From positions 288,001 through 352,000 of the forward strand of contig CAVXGR010000017.1 of NCBI GenBank assembly GCA_963761335.1: a stretch of 64,000 bases of DNA. Reading direction: 5' to 3'. Each line of letters begins with the position of its first letter. Within the stretch, counting starts at the first letter, position 1. Both the position numbers and the translations under genes were made by a program. The notes under the pieces are model-generated. The model was not told the origin of the DNA. It worked only from the letters and a program-made list of their open reading frames with translations, and searched no databases. The DNA comes from an uncultured delta proteobacterium. Lineage in GTDB: Bacteria; Desulfobacterota; Binatia; HRBIN30; BPIQ01. This document shows, piece after piece, positions 1 through 8,792 of this stretch.

Positions 1-165
1 TTCGCCGCCCTCGACTCGCTGATCGCGCCGATCACCTCGCGGCTCGGCTGGCGCACCCTGCGGCTCGAGGAGGTGTTCGGCGAGAACTCCGTGCAGACGG
101 CGCGGGTGTACAAGATGTCGAAGCACTCGCTGTTCACCATCGTCATCGCCCGCAACCAGAAGTGA
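1..165 (+). CDS. 3' end of a gene truncated by the window edge; possibly a class I SAM-dependent (phospholipid N-methyltransferase-like) protein
   Basis: Frame 1 open from base 1: FAALDSLIAPITSRLGWRTLRLEEVF...LFTIVIARNQK, TGA at 163-165. The family guess rests on the 'LGW...LFT' tail only. Confidence 0.5.
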   Translation, partial: FAALDSLIAPITSRLGWRTLRLEEVFGENSVQTARVYKMSKHSLFTIVIARNQK

Positions 166-200
166 GCGAGGCGCCGGCGCGCGCCGGGCGCGGCCGGTCG

Positions 201-779
201 TCAGTGGCGCGTGCGGCGGTCGCCGCGCACGGGAATCAGCCCTTGGCGCCGCAGCCACGCCTCGTCGCGCCGGTTGTGCGTACACAGCCAGCGGGTGTAG
301 CTGCGCACCAGCCGGTGCTCGCTGCGAAAGATCTCATTGAAGCTGATGTCACTGAGCACGTCGACGAAGTCGGGGAAGCGCTCGGCGAGCTCGGCAAAGG
401 GCTTGCCCCTGGACGGCGGGTCGGCGGAGGCCAGCCGGCCATACGCCATGCGCCCCAGGGTCATGTAGTACTCGCAGCCGACCGCGGTCCTCTCCAGCGA
501 TTCCATGAACATGCCGGTGACGAACAGCGAGGTGTCGGCCACCTTCTTGAGCTTGGTGTAGCGGTGGCTGCCCGGAGCGTGAAACGACTCCAGGTACTCC
601 ATCGCCAGCGGCCGGTCGAACCAGTCGTGACGGGGATGGGCGAAGGCCTCGAGCAGCTTCACCAGGTAGAACTCCGTGTCCTCGCTGGAGCGGACGGAGT
701 GCGTCGACATTGCCGCCTGCACGAGCTCGCGGAAGAATTCTGTCAGGTTACTGCTCAGAAGCTGGCTCGAATGCCGCAC
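201..779 (-). CDS. conserved hypothetical protein
   Basis: Coding-like ORF (LTEFFRELV...FYLVKLL...DTSLFVTGMF...YYMTLGRMAY...LAERF); GTG start at 779 chosen from ORF 201..923. Confidence 0.75.
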   Translation of the reverse strand: MRHSSQLLSSNLTEFFRELVQAAMSTHSVRSSEDTEFYLVKLLEAFAHPRHDWFDRPLAMEYLESFHAPGSHRYTKLKKVADTSLFVTGMFMESLERTAVGCEYYMTLGRMAYGRLASADPPSRGKPFAELAERFPDFVDVLSDISFNEIFRSEHRLVRSYTRWLCTHNRRDEAWLRRQGLIPVRGDRRTRH

Positions 780-879
780 AAGCCGTATTGTCGTGAACGT
801 ATTTGCCAAAAGCAAGAAAGAATGGTGCGGTAGCGGCTGACCCGGCCGGCCAGTCTCTCCACTCTTCCCCGCACGTGAA

Positions 880-908
880 TTGTGGGGCGGGGTCGGCTCC
901 GCTATAAT
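880..908 (+). promoter_or_regulatory. sigma70-type promoter for ctpA
   Basis: TTGTGG (880-885), 17 nt spacer, TATAAT (903-908). Confidence 0.6.
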
Positions 909-949
909 CCGGCAGTCTCGCACGTGAGATGAGAGGATACCCGAAAAAG

Positions 950-2314
950 ATGAAGCTTCGCCGACGAACGATCACCGTTGCTGGGACCCTGGCGATCATG
1001 TGCGCCTTCCTGCTGGGAGGGCGCGCCGTAGAGACGGTCTCGGCGGTGTCGAAGGATGCCTACGACAACGTCGAGCTCTTCGCCAATGTTCTCACCATGG
1101 TGCAGAAGAACTACGTCGATGAGGTGTCGACCAAGCAGCTGATCGAGGGAGCCATCACCGGCATGCTCAATGCCCTCGACCCGCACAGCGCCTACCTGGC
1201 GCCGGAGTTCTACAACGAGCTGCAGGTGGACACCCGCGGCAGCTTTGGTGGGCTGGGCATCGAGATCACCCTGCGCAACGGACTGCTCACCGTGGTCGCT
1301 CCGATCGAGGACACCCCGGCCGACCGCGCCGGCATCAAAGCCGAGGACCAGATCATCAAGATCGAGGACGAGTTCACCAAGGATATGACCCTGGTGGACG
1401 CGGTCCGCAAGATGCGCGGCCCCAAGGGGAGCAAGGTGCATCTCACGGTGCGGCGCGAGGGCGTTTCCGATTTTCTCAATCTGACGCTGACCCGCGAGGT
1501 GATCAAGATCAAGAGCGTCAAGTCGCGCACTCTCGAGAAGGGCTACGGCTATCTGCGCATCACCCAGTTCCAGGAGCGCACCGCCACTGACATGCAGAAG
1601 GCCCTCGAGAAGATGGAGCGGGAGAACGGCGGCACCCTCTCGGGGCTGGTTCTCGACCTGCGCAACAATCCCGGTGGGCTGCTGACCCAGGCCATCAAGG
1701 TGTCCGACACCTTCCTCGACAGCGGCCTGATCGTCTACACCGAGGGCCGTCTGGAGAATCAGAAGCAGAAATACTTTGCCCACAAGGCCGGTAGCCACAG
1801 TGATTACCCGATGGTGGTCCTGGTGAACAGCGGCAGCGCCAGCGCCTCGGAGATCGTCGCCGGGGCCCTTCAGGATCACAAGCGCGGCCTGGTGCTCGGC
1901 ACACAGACGTTCGGCAAGGGATCCGTGCAGACCATCCTGCCCCTCGACGACAAGTCGGCGATCCGACTGACCACGGCGCGCTACTACACGCCCAACGGCC
2001 GCTCGATTCAGGCGACCGGAATCACGCCCGATATCGTCATGGACAACGTGGTTGCCTCCGCCGACGGCAGCTCGCCGATGAGCCGCATTCCGCTGCGCGA
2101 GGAGAACCTGCCGCATCATTTTGAGCACCCCGGGGGCGAGGGCGGCCAGCAGCAAGCGCCGTCGCAGGAGGAGAAGCCGGACGTCGAGCCGCAGGAATCC
2201 GAGTCGCCCAATCAGCCGTCGGAAGCCAACGCGGACCCGCAGCTCGATCGGGCTCTCGAGCTTCTGAAGAGCTGGAACGTCTTCAAGACGGTGGTGGCGC
2301 AACGCGATAGCTGA
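950..2314 (+). CDS. ctpA: carboxyl-terminal processing protease, S41A family (PDZ)
   Basis: N-terminal TM, LDPHSAYL, FGGLGIEI PDZ, LDLRNNPGG, SASASEI (catalytic Ser), TFGKGSVQ (Lys); GAGAGG upstream of ATG 950. Confidence 0.95.
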   Translation: MKLRRRTITVAGTLAIMCAFLLGGRAVETVSAVSKDAYDNVELFANVLTMVQKNYVDEVSTKQLIEGAITGMLNALDPHSAYLAPEFYNELQVDTRGSFGGLGIEITLRNGLLTVVAPIEDTPADRAGIKAEDQIIKIEDEFTKDMTLVDAVRKMRGPKGSKVHLTVRREGVSDFLNLTLTREVIKIKSVKSRTLEKGYGYLRITQFQERTATDMQKALEKMERENGGTLSGLVLDLRNNPGGLLTQAIKVSDTFLDSGLIVYTEGRLENQKQKYFAHKAGSHSDYPMVVLVNSGSASASEIVAGALQDHKRGLVLGTQTFGKGSVQTILPLDDKSAIRLTTARYYTPNGRSIQATGITPDIVMDNVVASADGSSPMSRIPLREENLPHHFEHPGGEGGQQQAPSQEEKPDVEPQESESPNQPSEANADPQLDRALELLKSWNVFKTVVAQRDS

Positions 2315-2409
2315 GGCTGGCCGCAGGCGAGTGACGCTCCGACTCGGAGTTCGACCCACCCGGAATCAGCGAGCCGCGATGGACGGGAGGGCAGGCAGAC
2401 GCCGTGGGG

Positions 2410-3570
2410 ATGAAAAGCCGGCGCGGTAGCTCCCCCCTGCACCCGTTCGGCTCCCTGATCGCCCTCGGCGGGGTGGCCCTTCTCGGCCTGCTCCTTTTCG
2501 CCAGCCGCCTCTATCTGGCGCAGCCGGAGCAGCGTCCGGCGCCGATTGGCCTCAGCCGCAACTGGCAACAGACGTTTCAGCAGCACCTCGATCACGTCAC
2601 CGCCGAGCTGGAAAAGGCCCCGGTCCACCTCGGCGAGCCGGAGCTCCAGCCACAGGGCAGTGGCGATGTCCAATGGTCGCACCGCCAGTACCGCGCCGAG
2701 CTGGTTCCCGCCGACGTCGACCGCGTGAAGCAGCTCCTCGGGTCGCTGCACGACGCCGACCCCGCGGTCACGGTCTCCCTGAAGGAGAACGCCGACGGCT
2801 TCCGCGGCAACATCGGCGTCGACGGTCTGCTGACCCACACCGTGGAGGTGCACTGGAAGCGCGCCGGCGACGGCCCGCCGCGGGTGGCGGTGATCATCGA
2901 CGATCTCGGCAACGACATGCTGGTGGCGCGCTCGCTGGTGTCCATCGATCTGCCGATCGCCTTCGCGATCATGCCTTTCCGGCCCTTTTCGCACGAGGTG
3001 GCGCAGATGGCGCGGCTCTTCGATCACGAGGTGCTGTTGCACCTGCCGATGGAAGCGGAGAACGAGCTCGACTACGGCGACAAGAGCGTGCTGCGCACCG
3101 ACGCGACCCAGAAGGAGATCGCTCGCCAGGTGGAGAGCAGCCTGGATGACGTGCCCAACGTCGTCGGCGTCAATAACCACATGGGGTCCCGCTTCACCCA
3201 GGACCGGCAGCGGATGACCTGGGTGCTGCAGCTGCTCAAGCAGCACCACCTGTTCTTCGTCGACAGCCTCACCACGGCCGACAGCGTCGGCCGTGAAGTG
3301 GCGGCCGAGGTCGAGGTTCCCTACCTGGAGCGCCAGGTGTTCCTCGACAACCCCGATGACGAGAAGACGGTCTACACCAGGCTCGCCGAGCTCCTCGATC
3401 TCGCCAAGCACCGCGGCAAAGCGATCGGCATCGGACATCCGCGTCCGAGCACCGTCGAGGCGCTGCGCACCTTCGGCAAGATGGCGCAGGAGCAGGGCGT
3501 GGAAATCGTGCCGCTCTCGGCGCTTCTGAGCCCGGCTTCGTCCGCAGAGACCGCCCGCGCCGGCCACTGA
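2410..3570 (+). CDS. divergent polysaccharide deacetylase family protein (YibQ-like)
   Basis: VAVIIDDLG, EVLLHLPME, GVNNHMGSRFT, FFVDSLT, FLDN, IGIGHP; usual neighbour of ctpA. Confidence 0.92.
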   Translation: MKSRRGSSPLHPFGSLIALGGVALLGLLLFASRLYLAQPEQRPAPIGLSRNWQQTFQQHLDHVTAELEKAPVHLGEPELQPQGSGDVQWSHRQYRAELVPADVDRVKQLLGSLHDADPAVTVSLKENADGFRGNIGVDGLLTHTVEVHWKRAGDGPPRVAVIIDDLGNDMLVARSLVSIDLPIAFAIMPFRPFSHEVAQMARLFDHEVLLHLPMEAENELDYGDKSVLRTDATQKEIARQVESSLDDVPNVVGVNNHMGSRFTQDRQRMTWVLQLLKQHHLFFVDSLTTADSVGREVAAEVEVPYLERQVFLDNPDDEKTVYTRLAELLDLAKHRGKAIGIGHPRPSTVEALRTFGKMAQEQGVEIVPLSALLSPASSAETARAGH

Positions 3571-3617
3571 CATCGCGATCGGCCGCTAGCCCGCATTTCT
3601 CACCGGCTTTTGGAACC

Positions 3618-3645
3618 TTGTCCCGGGCCCGGTCTTTGTTAGAGT
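3618..3645 (+). promoter_or_regulatory. sigma70 promoter with extended -10; xseA probably leaderless
   Basis: TTGTCC, 16 nt spacer, TGt-TAGAGT ending 6 nt before ATG 3652; no Shine-Dalgarno. Confidence 0.5.
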
Positions 3646-3651
3646 TGCGCC

Positions 3652-4860
3652 ATGCAGCTGCCCCTTACCGCGCCCGCCCCCCGCGTCCTCTCGGTGACCG
3701 ACCTGGCGCGCCGCATCCGCAGCGCCCTGGAGAACCTCGCGGAGGTGTGGGTGGCCGGGGAGATCTCCAACTTCCGCGCCCCCTCCTCGGGGCATTTCTA
3801 TTTCTGCCTGAAGGACGACCGCAGCCAGATCGCCGCCGTGATGTTCCGTACGGCAAACCGCCTGCTCCCGTTCCGGCCGGCGGACGGCCTCGAGGTCGTC
3901 GTGCGCGGCCGCATCAGCCTGTACGACGTGCGCGGCGACCTGCAGCTTTACGTCGACAGCATGGAGCCGCGCGGCGCCGGCGGCTTGCAGCTCGCCCTGG
4001 AGCAGCTCAAGTCCAAGCTCGCCGCCGAGGGATTGTTCGCCGCGGAACGCAAGCGGGCGCTGCCGCGCTGGCCGCGGTCCGTCGGTCTGGTCACCGCTCT
4101 CACCGGTGCCGCTGTGCACGACATGCTCACCGTCCTGCGGGAGCGGTGGCCGGTGGCGCGCGTGGTGATCAGCCCGGTGCGCGTGCAGGGGAAGGCCGCG
4201 GGCGCCGACATCGAGGCGGCGCTGTCCGCGATCTGCCGCGTCGAGGGCATCGACGTCGTCATTGTCGGCCGCGGCGGCGGCTCGGTGGAAGACCTGTGGG
4301 CGTTCAACGAGGAACGGGTGGCGCGCGCCATTGCCGCCTGCCCCGTCCCCGTGGTCTCGGCGGTGGGGCACGAGATCGACATCACCGTCGCCGATCTGGT
4401 CGCCGACTGCCGCGCCCCGACGCCGACGGCGGCAGCAGCCCTCGTCGTCCCGGACCGCGCCCATCTGCGGCCGCAGCTCGAGGACGCGCAGCTCTTGCTC
4501 GGCGCCGCCGTGCAGCGACGCCTGCGAAAGGGGCGCGAGCAGGTGGAGTCGCTGCAGAGGCAGCTCCGCGACCCGCGCCGCGCCCTCGAGGTGCTGCGCC
4601 AGCGCGTCGACGAGCTCGGTGAACGGGCCGCGGGAGCGGTGACGCAGAGGCTGCGCTGGGCCGATCACCGCGCCCGCGCCGCCGAGGGCCGCTTGCAGGC
4701 GCTGAGTCCGCTGGCGGTCCTTGATCGCGGCTACAGCATCGCGCAACGCGCCGACGGCCACGTGGTCCGCGGCGCCGACGAGGTGCAGCCAAAGGAGGAG
4801 CTGACGCTGCGCTTTGCCCGCGGGCGGGCGCGCGTGCGCGTCGAGGAGCGGCAGTCGTGA
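3652..4860 (+). CDS. xseA: exodeoxyribonuclease VII large subunit
   Basis: VWVAGEISN, SGHFYFCLKD, RGGGSVEDLWAFNEE, SAVGHEID, TPTAAA, LDRGYSI. Confidence 0.97.
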   Translation: MQLPLTAPAPRVLSVTDLARRIRSALENLAEVWVAGEISNFRAPSSGHFYFCLKDDRSQIAAVMFRTANRLLPFRPADGLEVVVRGRISLYDVRGDLQLYVDSMEPRGAGGLQLALEQLKSKLAAEGLFAAERKRALPRWPRSVGLVTALTGAAVHDMLTVLRERWPVARVVISPVRVQGKAAGADIEAALSAICRVEGIDVVIVGRGGGSVEDLWAFNEERVARAIAACPVPVVSAVGHEIDITVADLVADCRAPTPTAAAALVVPDRAHLRPQLEDAQLLLGAAVQRRLRKGREQVESLQRQLRDPRRALEVLRQRVDELGERAAGAVTQRLRWADHRARAAEGRLQALSPLAVLDRGYSIAQRADGHVVRGADEVQPKEELTLRFARGRARVRVEERQS

Positions 4861-4900
4861 CCGCTTCGCCCATGGCCGACGGCCGGCCCCAGAAGAGGTG

Positions 4901-5146
4901 ATGATGGCGGAAGAGAAGCAGATAACCTTTGAAGAGAGCCTGGCGGAGCTGGAGACGATCGTGCGCGGTCTGGAAGCCGGCGAGCTGCCTCTGGAAGACG
5001 CCCTTGGCGCCTTCGAGCGCGGCGTTGGCCTGGTCCGCCGACTGCATGCGCTCCTCGACGACGCCGAGCAACGCGTCGAGGTTCTCGGGCGGGACGGCGA
5101 AGGCCGGCTCCGCCTCACCGCCCTCACGGCCAAGGACACGCCTTGA
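4901..5146 (+). CDS. xseB: exodeoxyribonuclease VII small subunit
   Basis: FEESLAELETIVRGLEAGELPLEDALGAFERG; GAGGT RBS; follows xseA. Confidence 0.95.
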   Translation: MMAEEKQITFEESLAELETIVRGLEAGELPLEDALGAFERGVGLVRRLHALLDDAEQRVEVLGRDGEGRLRLTALTAKDTP

Positions 5147-6039
5147 ACTTCGCTGCCTGGGCCGAGAAGAAGCGCCAGCTCCTCGAGGTCGCCCTCGGGG
5201 AATACTTCCCCGCCGAACGGCATCAGCCGTACGCGCTGCACCGCGCCATCCGCTACAGTCTTCTCGATGGCGGCAAGCGCATCCGGCCGCTGCTGATGCT
5301 GGCTGCGGCGGAAGCCGTGGGGGGGCGCGGCGGCGCGGTTCTGCCCTTCGCCTGCGCGCTGGAGATGATCCACACCTACTCGCTGATCCACGACGATCTG
5401 CCGGCCATGGACGACGACCGGCTGCGGCGCGGCAAGCCGACCAGCCATGTCGTCTTCGGCGAGGCGATGGCGGTTCTGGCCGGCGATGCGCTGCTGACCG
5501 AGGCCTTCCGCGTGATGAGCGAGGGCGACGCCATTCGCACTCTGCCGCCCAAGCGGGTGCTCGCCGCCATCAGCACCATTGCCGAGGCGGCGGGCCTCCA
5601 CGGCATGGTCGCCGGGCAGGTCGCCGACCTCGAGGCGGAGGGCAAGGAGCTCGATCTGCCAACCGTGGAGTTCATCCACGTGCGCAAAACGGGAGCGCTG
5701 ATCCTGGCCGCCGTCCGCGTCGGCGCCCTGCTCTGCGGGGCGCGGCCGGCGGCGTTGCGGCGCCTGATGCGCTATGCCGAGTATCTCGGCCTCGCCTTCC
5801 AAGTGGTCGACGACGTTCTCGACGCCGAGGGAGCCCCGGAAAAGACTGGCAAGGAGGGCGGCGGCGATCAGCGGCATCACAAGGCGACCTATGCCTCCGT
5901 TCTCGGCGTCGCCGCCGCCAAGGAGAGGGCGATCGAGCTGCGCGAGCTGGCACTCGGCGAGATCGGCCACTTCGGCCGGCGTGCGGAGGCCTTGCGCGAA
6001 CTTGCCCGCTCGGTGGTGGCGCGCGCCCTGGAACCCTGA
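5143..6039 (+). CDS. ispA: farnesyl/geranylgeranyl diphosphate synthase
   Basis: GGKRIRP, HTYSLIHDDLPAMDDD..RRGKP, GDALL, KTG, FQVVDDVLD; TTG start overlapping the xseB stop. Confidence 0.96.
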   Translation: MNFAAWAEKKRQLLEVALGEYFPAERHQPYALHRAIRYSLLDGGKRIRPLLMLAAAEAVGGRGGAVLPFACALEMIHTYSLIHDDLPAMDDDRLRRGKPTSHVVFGEAMAVLAGDALLTEAFRVMSEGDAIRTLPPKRVLAAISTIAEAAGLHGMVAGQVADLEAEGKELDLPTVEFIHVRKTGALILAAVRVGALLCGARPAALRRLMRYAEYLGLAFQVVDDVLDAEGAPEKTGKEGGGDQRHHKATYASVLGVAAAKERAIELRELALGEIGHFGRRAEALRELARSVVARALEP

Positions 6040-6785
6040 TGGCGACCCGCCAGCGACTCGACCGGCTGGTCGTCGAGCGCGGCCTGGCGGCGAGTCGCGA
6101 TCGCGCCCAGCGGCTGATCATGAGCGGCGAGGTGCGGGTTGCCGGGCGTGTGGTCGACAAGCCGGGGGCGCTGGTCGAGGCGGGCGCCGAGCTGGCGGTC
6201 AGCGGCTCGGACATTCCCTATGTCAGCCGCGGCGGCCTCAAGCTCGAGGGAGCTTTGCGCCAATGGCCCCTCGACCTCCGCGGCCGCATCGCGCTGGATG
6301 TCGGTGCCTCCACCGGCGGCTTCACCGATTGCCTGCTGCAGCGCGGTACGGCTCGCGTCATCGCCGTCGACGTCGGTTACGGGCAGCTCGCTTGGAGCCT
6401 GCGCCAGGACCCGCGCGTGACCCTGCTCGAGCGCACCAACATCCGCAATCTGCGCCCGGAGGCGCTTCCGGAAGTTCCCGAGCTGGCGGTGATCGACGTC
6501 TCGTTCATCTCGCTGCGCCTGGTTCTCCCCGTCGTCGGCGCCCTGCTGGCGCCCGGCTCGCCGGTGCTGGCGCTGGTGAAGCCGCAGTTCGAGGTCGGCA
6601 GGGGGCAGGTGGGAAAGGGGGGCGTGGTGCGCGACCCCGCCCTCCAGCGGCAGGCCGTGGAGGCGATCGCCGCCTGGGCTCGCGACCTCGGCATGGCGGT
6701 CTGCGGCCAGACCGAGTCGCCGATCCTCGGGCCCAAGGGCAACCGCGAGTTCTTCCTGTGCCTGGGGACGCCCTTGGCGAGCTGA
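6039..6785 (+). CDS. tlyA: TlyA family rRNA (cytidine-2'-O)-methyltransferase
   Basis: S4 domain RLDRLVV, YVSRGGLKL, DVGASTGGFTD, DVSFISL, KPQFE, GPKGNREF; ATG overlaps the ispA TGA. Confidence 0.96.
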   Translation: MATRQRLDRLVVERGLAASRDRAQRLIMSGEVRVAGRVVDKPGALVEAGAELAVSGSDIPYVSRGGLKLEGALRQWPLDLRGRIALDVGASTGGFTDCLLQRGTARVIAVDVGYGQLAWSLRQDPRVTLLERTNIRNLRPEALPEVPELAVIDVSFISLRLVLPVVGALLAPGSPVLALVKPQFEVGRGQVGKGGVVRDPALQRQAVEAIAAWARDLGMAVCGQTESPILGPKGNREFFLCLGTPLAS

Positions 6786-6813
6786 GCCTACCTGGTGTAC
6801 ACCTGCGGCCGCG

Positions 6814-7461
6814 ATGGATCTGACTCGCTTCCGCCGCCTTCCCCTGCTGGGCATTCTTCGGGGGATTCGTCTCGAGAACGTCGTGCCGCTGGTCGAGGCA
6901 ACCGCCGGCGCCGGCCTCGAGGCGATCGAGATCACCATGAACACCGCCGGGGCCCCGGCCCTGATCGGCCGCATGGTGGCTGAGGCCGCCGGCCGGCTGA
7001 TGATCGGTGCCGGCACGGTGCTCGGTACCGACGACCTCGACCGGGCTCTAGATGCCGGCGCCAGCTTCGCGGTGATGCCGGTGTTGATCCCGCAGGTCGT
7101 CGAGCGCTGCGCGGCGAGAGGTATTCCCGCCTTCCCCGGCGCGCTTACCCCGCAGGAGATCTTTGCCGCCTGGAGGGCTGGCGCCGCCATGGTGAAGGTC
7201 TTTCCGGCAAGCTGCTTCGGCCCGGGGTACATGAAGGAGATCAAGGGTCCCTTCGGCGACCTCGAGCTTCTCGCCTGCGGCGGTGTCAATGCCGAGAACC
7301 TGGCGAGCTATCTCGCCGCGGGAGCCTCGGCCGCCGCCTTCGGCGGCAGCATCTTCCGCCCCGAGTGGCTGGCGCAGGGGGATTACTCCCACATCGGTGC
7401 CGCGGTGCGAACCATGGTCGAAGCCCACCGGCAGTGGCTCGGTAGCACAGGAGCTCAGTAG
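6814..7461 (+). CDS. eda: KDPG/KHG aldolase
   Basis: GILR, IEITMN, IGAGTVL, PGALTPQEI, VKVFPA (Schiff-base Lys), GGVN. Confidence 0.92.
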   Translation: MDLTRFRRLPLLGILRGIRLENVVPLVEATAGAGLEAIEITMNTAGAPALIGRMVAEAAGRLMIGAGTVLGTDDLDRALDAGASFAVMPVLIPQVVERCAARGIPAFPGALTPQEIFAAWRAGAAMVKVFPASCFGPGYMKEIKGPFGDLELLACGGVNAENLASYLAAGASAAAFGGSIFRPEWLAQGDYSHIGAAVRTMVEAHRQWLGSTGAQ

Positions 7462-7463
7462 AT

Positions 7464-7570
7464 CGGTGTCTCGGTGTCTCGGTGGCTCGGTTGAACTGAG
7501 AAACCGAGAAACTGAGAAACTGAGAAACTGAGAAACTGAGAAACTGAGAAACTGAGAAACTGAGAAACTG
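7464..7570. repeat. inverted 8-bp tandem repeat element
   Basis: Left arm about 3x TCGGTG(T/G)C; right arm 9x AC(T/C)GAGAA (7495-7566) plus ACTG; arms roughly complementary. Confidence 0.9.
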
Positions 7571-7657
7571 CCCCACGTCCCCCGATTTGCTCTCGGGCCC
7601 GACGGCGCGCTAGTAATGCGGTTTGACCCAATTCGCACCGAATCGAGGTATGTGACC

Positions 7658-8647
7658 GTGAAGACAGAGGAGAAATCGTTCGCCCGCAAGTGGATCTCGT
7701 ATCGCCCCGAGATCAAGGTGGTCGACGTTACCGTCCGCGACGGCGGGCTGATGAACGACCATCGTTTCAGCGACCAGGTCGTGCGCGGCGTCTACGAGGC
7801 CTGCGTGCAGGCCGGCCTGGACTACATGGAGATCGGCTACAAGGGCTCGAAGCGCATCTTCTCCCGCGACCAGTACGGCCCCTGGAAGTTCTGCGACGAG
7901 GTCGACATTCGCCGTATCACCGGCGACAACCAGACGCCGCTGAAGATCGCGGTGATGGCCGACGCCGAGCGCTGCGACTACCACGAGGACATCATCCCCA
8001 AGAAGGACAGCGTCATCGACATGGTGCGCGTGGCCACCTACATCCACCAGCTGCCGGTGGCGCTCGACATGGTCCGGGACGCGCGCGCCAAGGGATACGA
8101 GACCAGCGTGAACCTCATGGCCGCCTCGACCGTACCGGAGAGCGAGCTCGAGGAAGCGCTGGAGCTGCTCGCCGACTCCGAGGTGGACGTCTTCTACCTG
8201 GTGGACAGCTTCGGCGCCTTCTACAGCGAGCAGGTGCATTACCTCCTCGACCTCTACCTCAAGTACGGCACCGCCAAGGGCAAGATCGTCGGCATGCACG
8301 CCCACAACAACCAGCAGTTGGCCTACGCCAACACCATCGAGGCGGCGATCCGCGGGGCCAACTTCCTCGACAGCAGCATGGCCGGCCTCGGCCGCGGCGC
8401 CGGGAACTGCCAGACGGAGCTGCTCCTCGGCTTTCTGCACAACCCCAAGTATCGCCTGCGGCCGCTGCTACAGTGCATCCAGGAGCACATCGAGCCGCTC
8501 CGCCACGAGCTCCGCTGGGGCTTCGACATCCCCTACATGATCACCGGATTTCTCAACCAGCACCCGCGGGCGGCGATGGAGTTCAAGGCCGGCAACGATC
8601 ACGGCGACTTGGTGAAGTTCTTCGACTCGGTCATCGGATCGGAGTGA
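7658..8647 (+). CDS. DRE-TIM metallolyase (HMGL-like / 4-hydroxy-2-oxovalerate aldolase-like)
   Basis: DVTVRDGG, YMEIGY, VDSFG, GMHAHNN, GLGRGAGN; GAGGT upstream of GTG 7658 (ORF open from 7616). Confidence 0.88.
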   Translation: MKTEEKSFARKWISYRPEIKVVDVTVRDGGLMNDHRFSDQVVRGVYEACVQAGLDYMEIGYKGSKRIFSRDQYGPWKFCDEVDIRRITGDNQTPLKIAVMADAERCDYHEDIIPKKDSVIDMVRVATYIHQLPVALDMVRDARAKGYETSVNLMAASTVPESELEEALELLADSEVDVFYLVDSFGAFYSEQVHYLLDLYLKYGTAKGKIVGMHAHNNQQLAYANTIEAAIRGANFLDSSMAGLGRGAGNCQTELLLGFLHNPKYRLRPLLQCIQEHIEPLRHELRWGFDIPYMITGFLNQHPRAAMEFKAGNDHGDLVKFFDSVIGSE

Positions 8648-8656
8648 AGATCGCTA

Positions 8657-8733
8657 GCGAGTATGCGAGTTGTCGAGTTCTCGGGTTCGCGCCAACCCGA
8701 AAACTCGACAACCCGAAGACTCGACAAGCGCGA
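8657..8733. repeat. inverted degenerate 8-bp tandem repeat hairpin
   Basis: GCGAGTAT GCGAGTTG TCGAGTTC TCGGGTTC, short loop, then AACCCGAA AACTCGAC AACCCGAA GACTCGAC. Confidence 0.8.
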
Positions 8734-8792
8734 CCGGCATCTTGCAACCGGCGGGGCGATCCGGCTAACCATCAGAGTTGGAGGCTTGAGCA

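Noticed and set aside
902..2359. Long antisense ORFs (also 3586..5970, 31278..33257, 58045..59727, and the 5' part of 62367..63887)
   Set aside because: High-GC shadows of well-supported genes on the opposite strand
2320..2400. GGAGTTCGACCC resembling a tRNA T-loop
   Set aside because: No cloverleaf or acceptor stem can be built
4929..6785. Apparent 618-aa TlyA fusion, and 660-aa HemC fusion at 14753..16735
   Set aside because: The N-terminal parts are alternative frames over xseB/ispA and hemA; true starts are 6039 and 15812
7495..7570. Tandem repeats here and at 48791-49010 as CRISPR arrays
   Set aside because: Units are 7-15 bp with no unique spacers, and no cas genes are present
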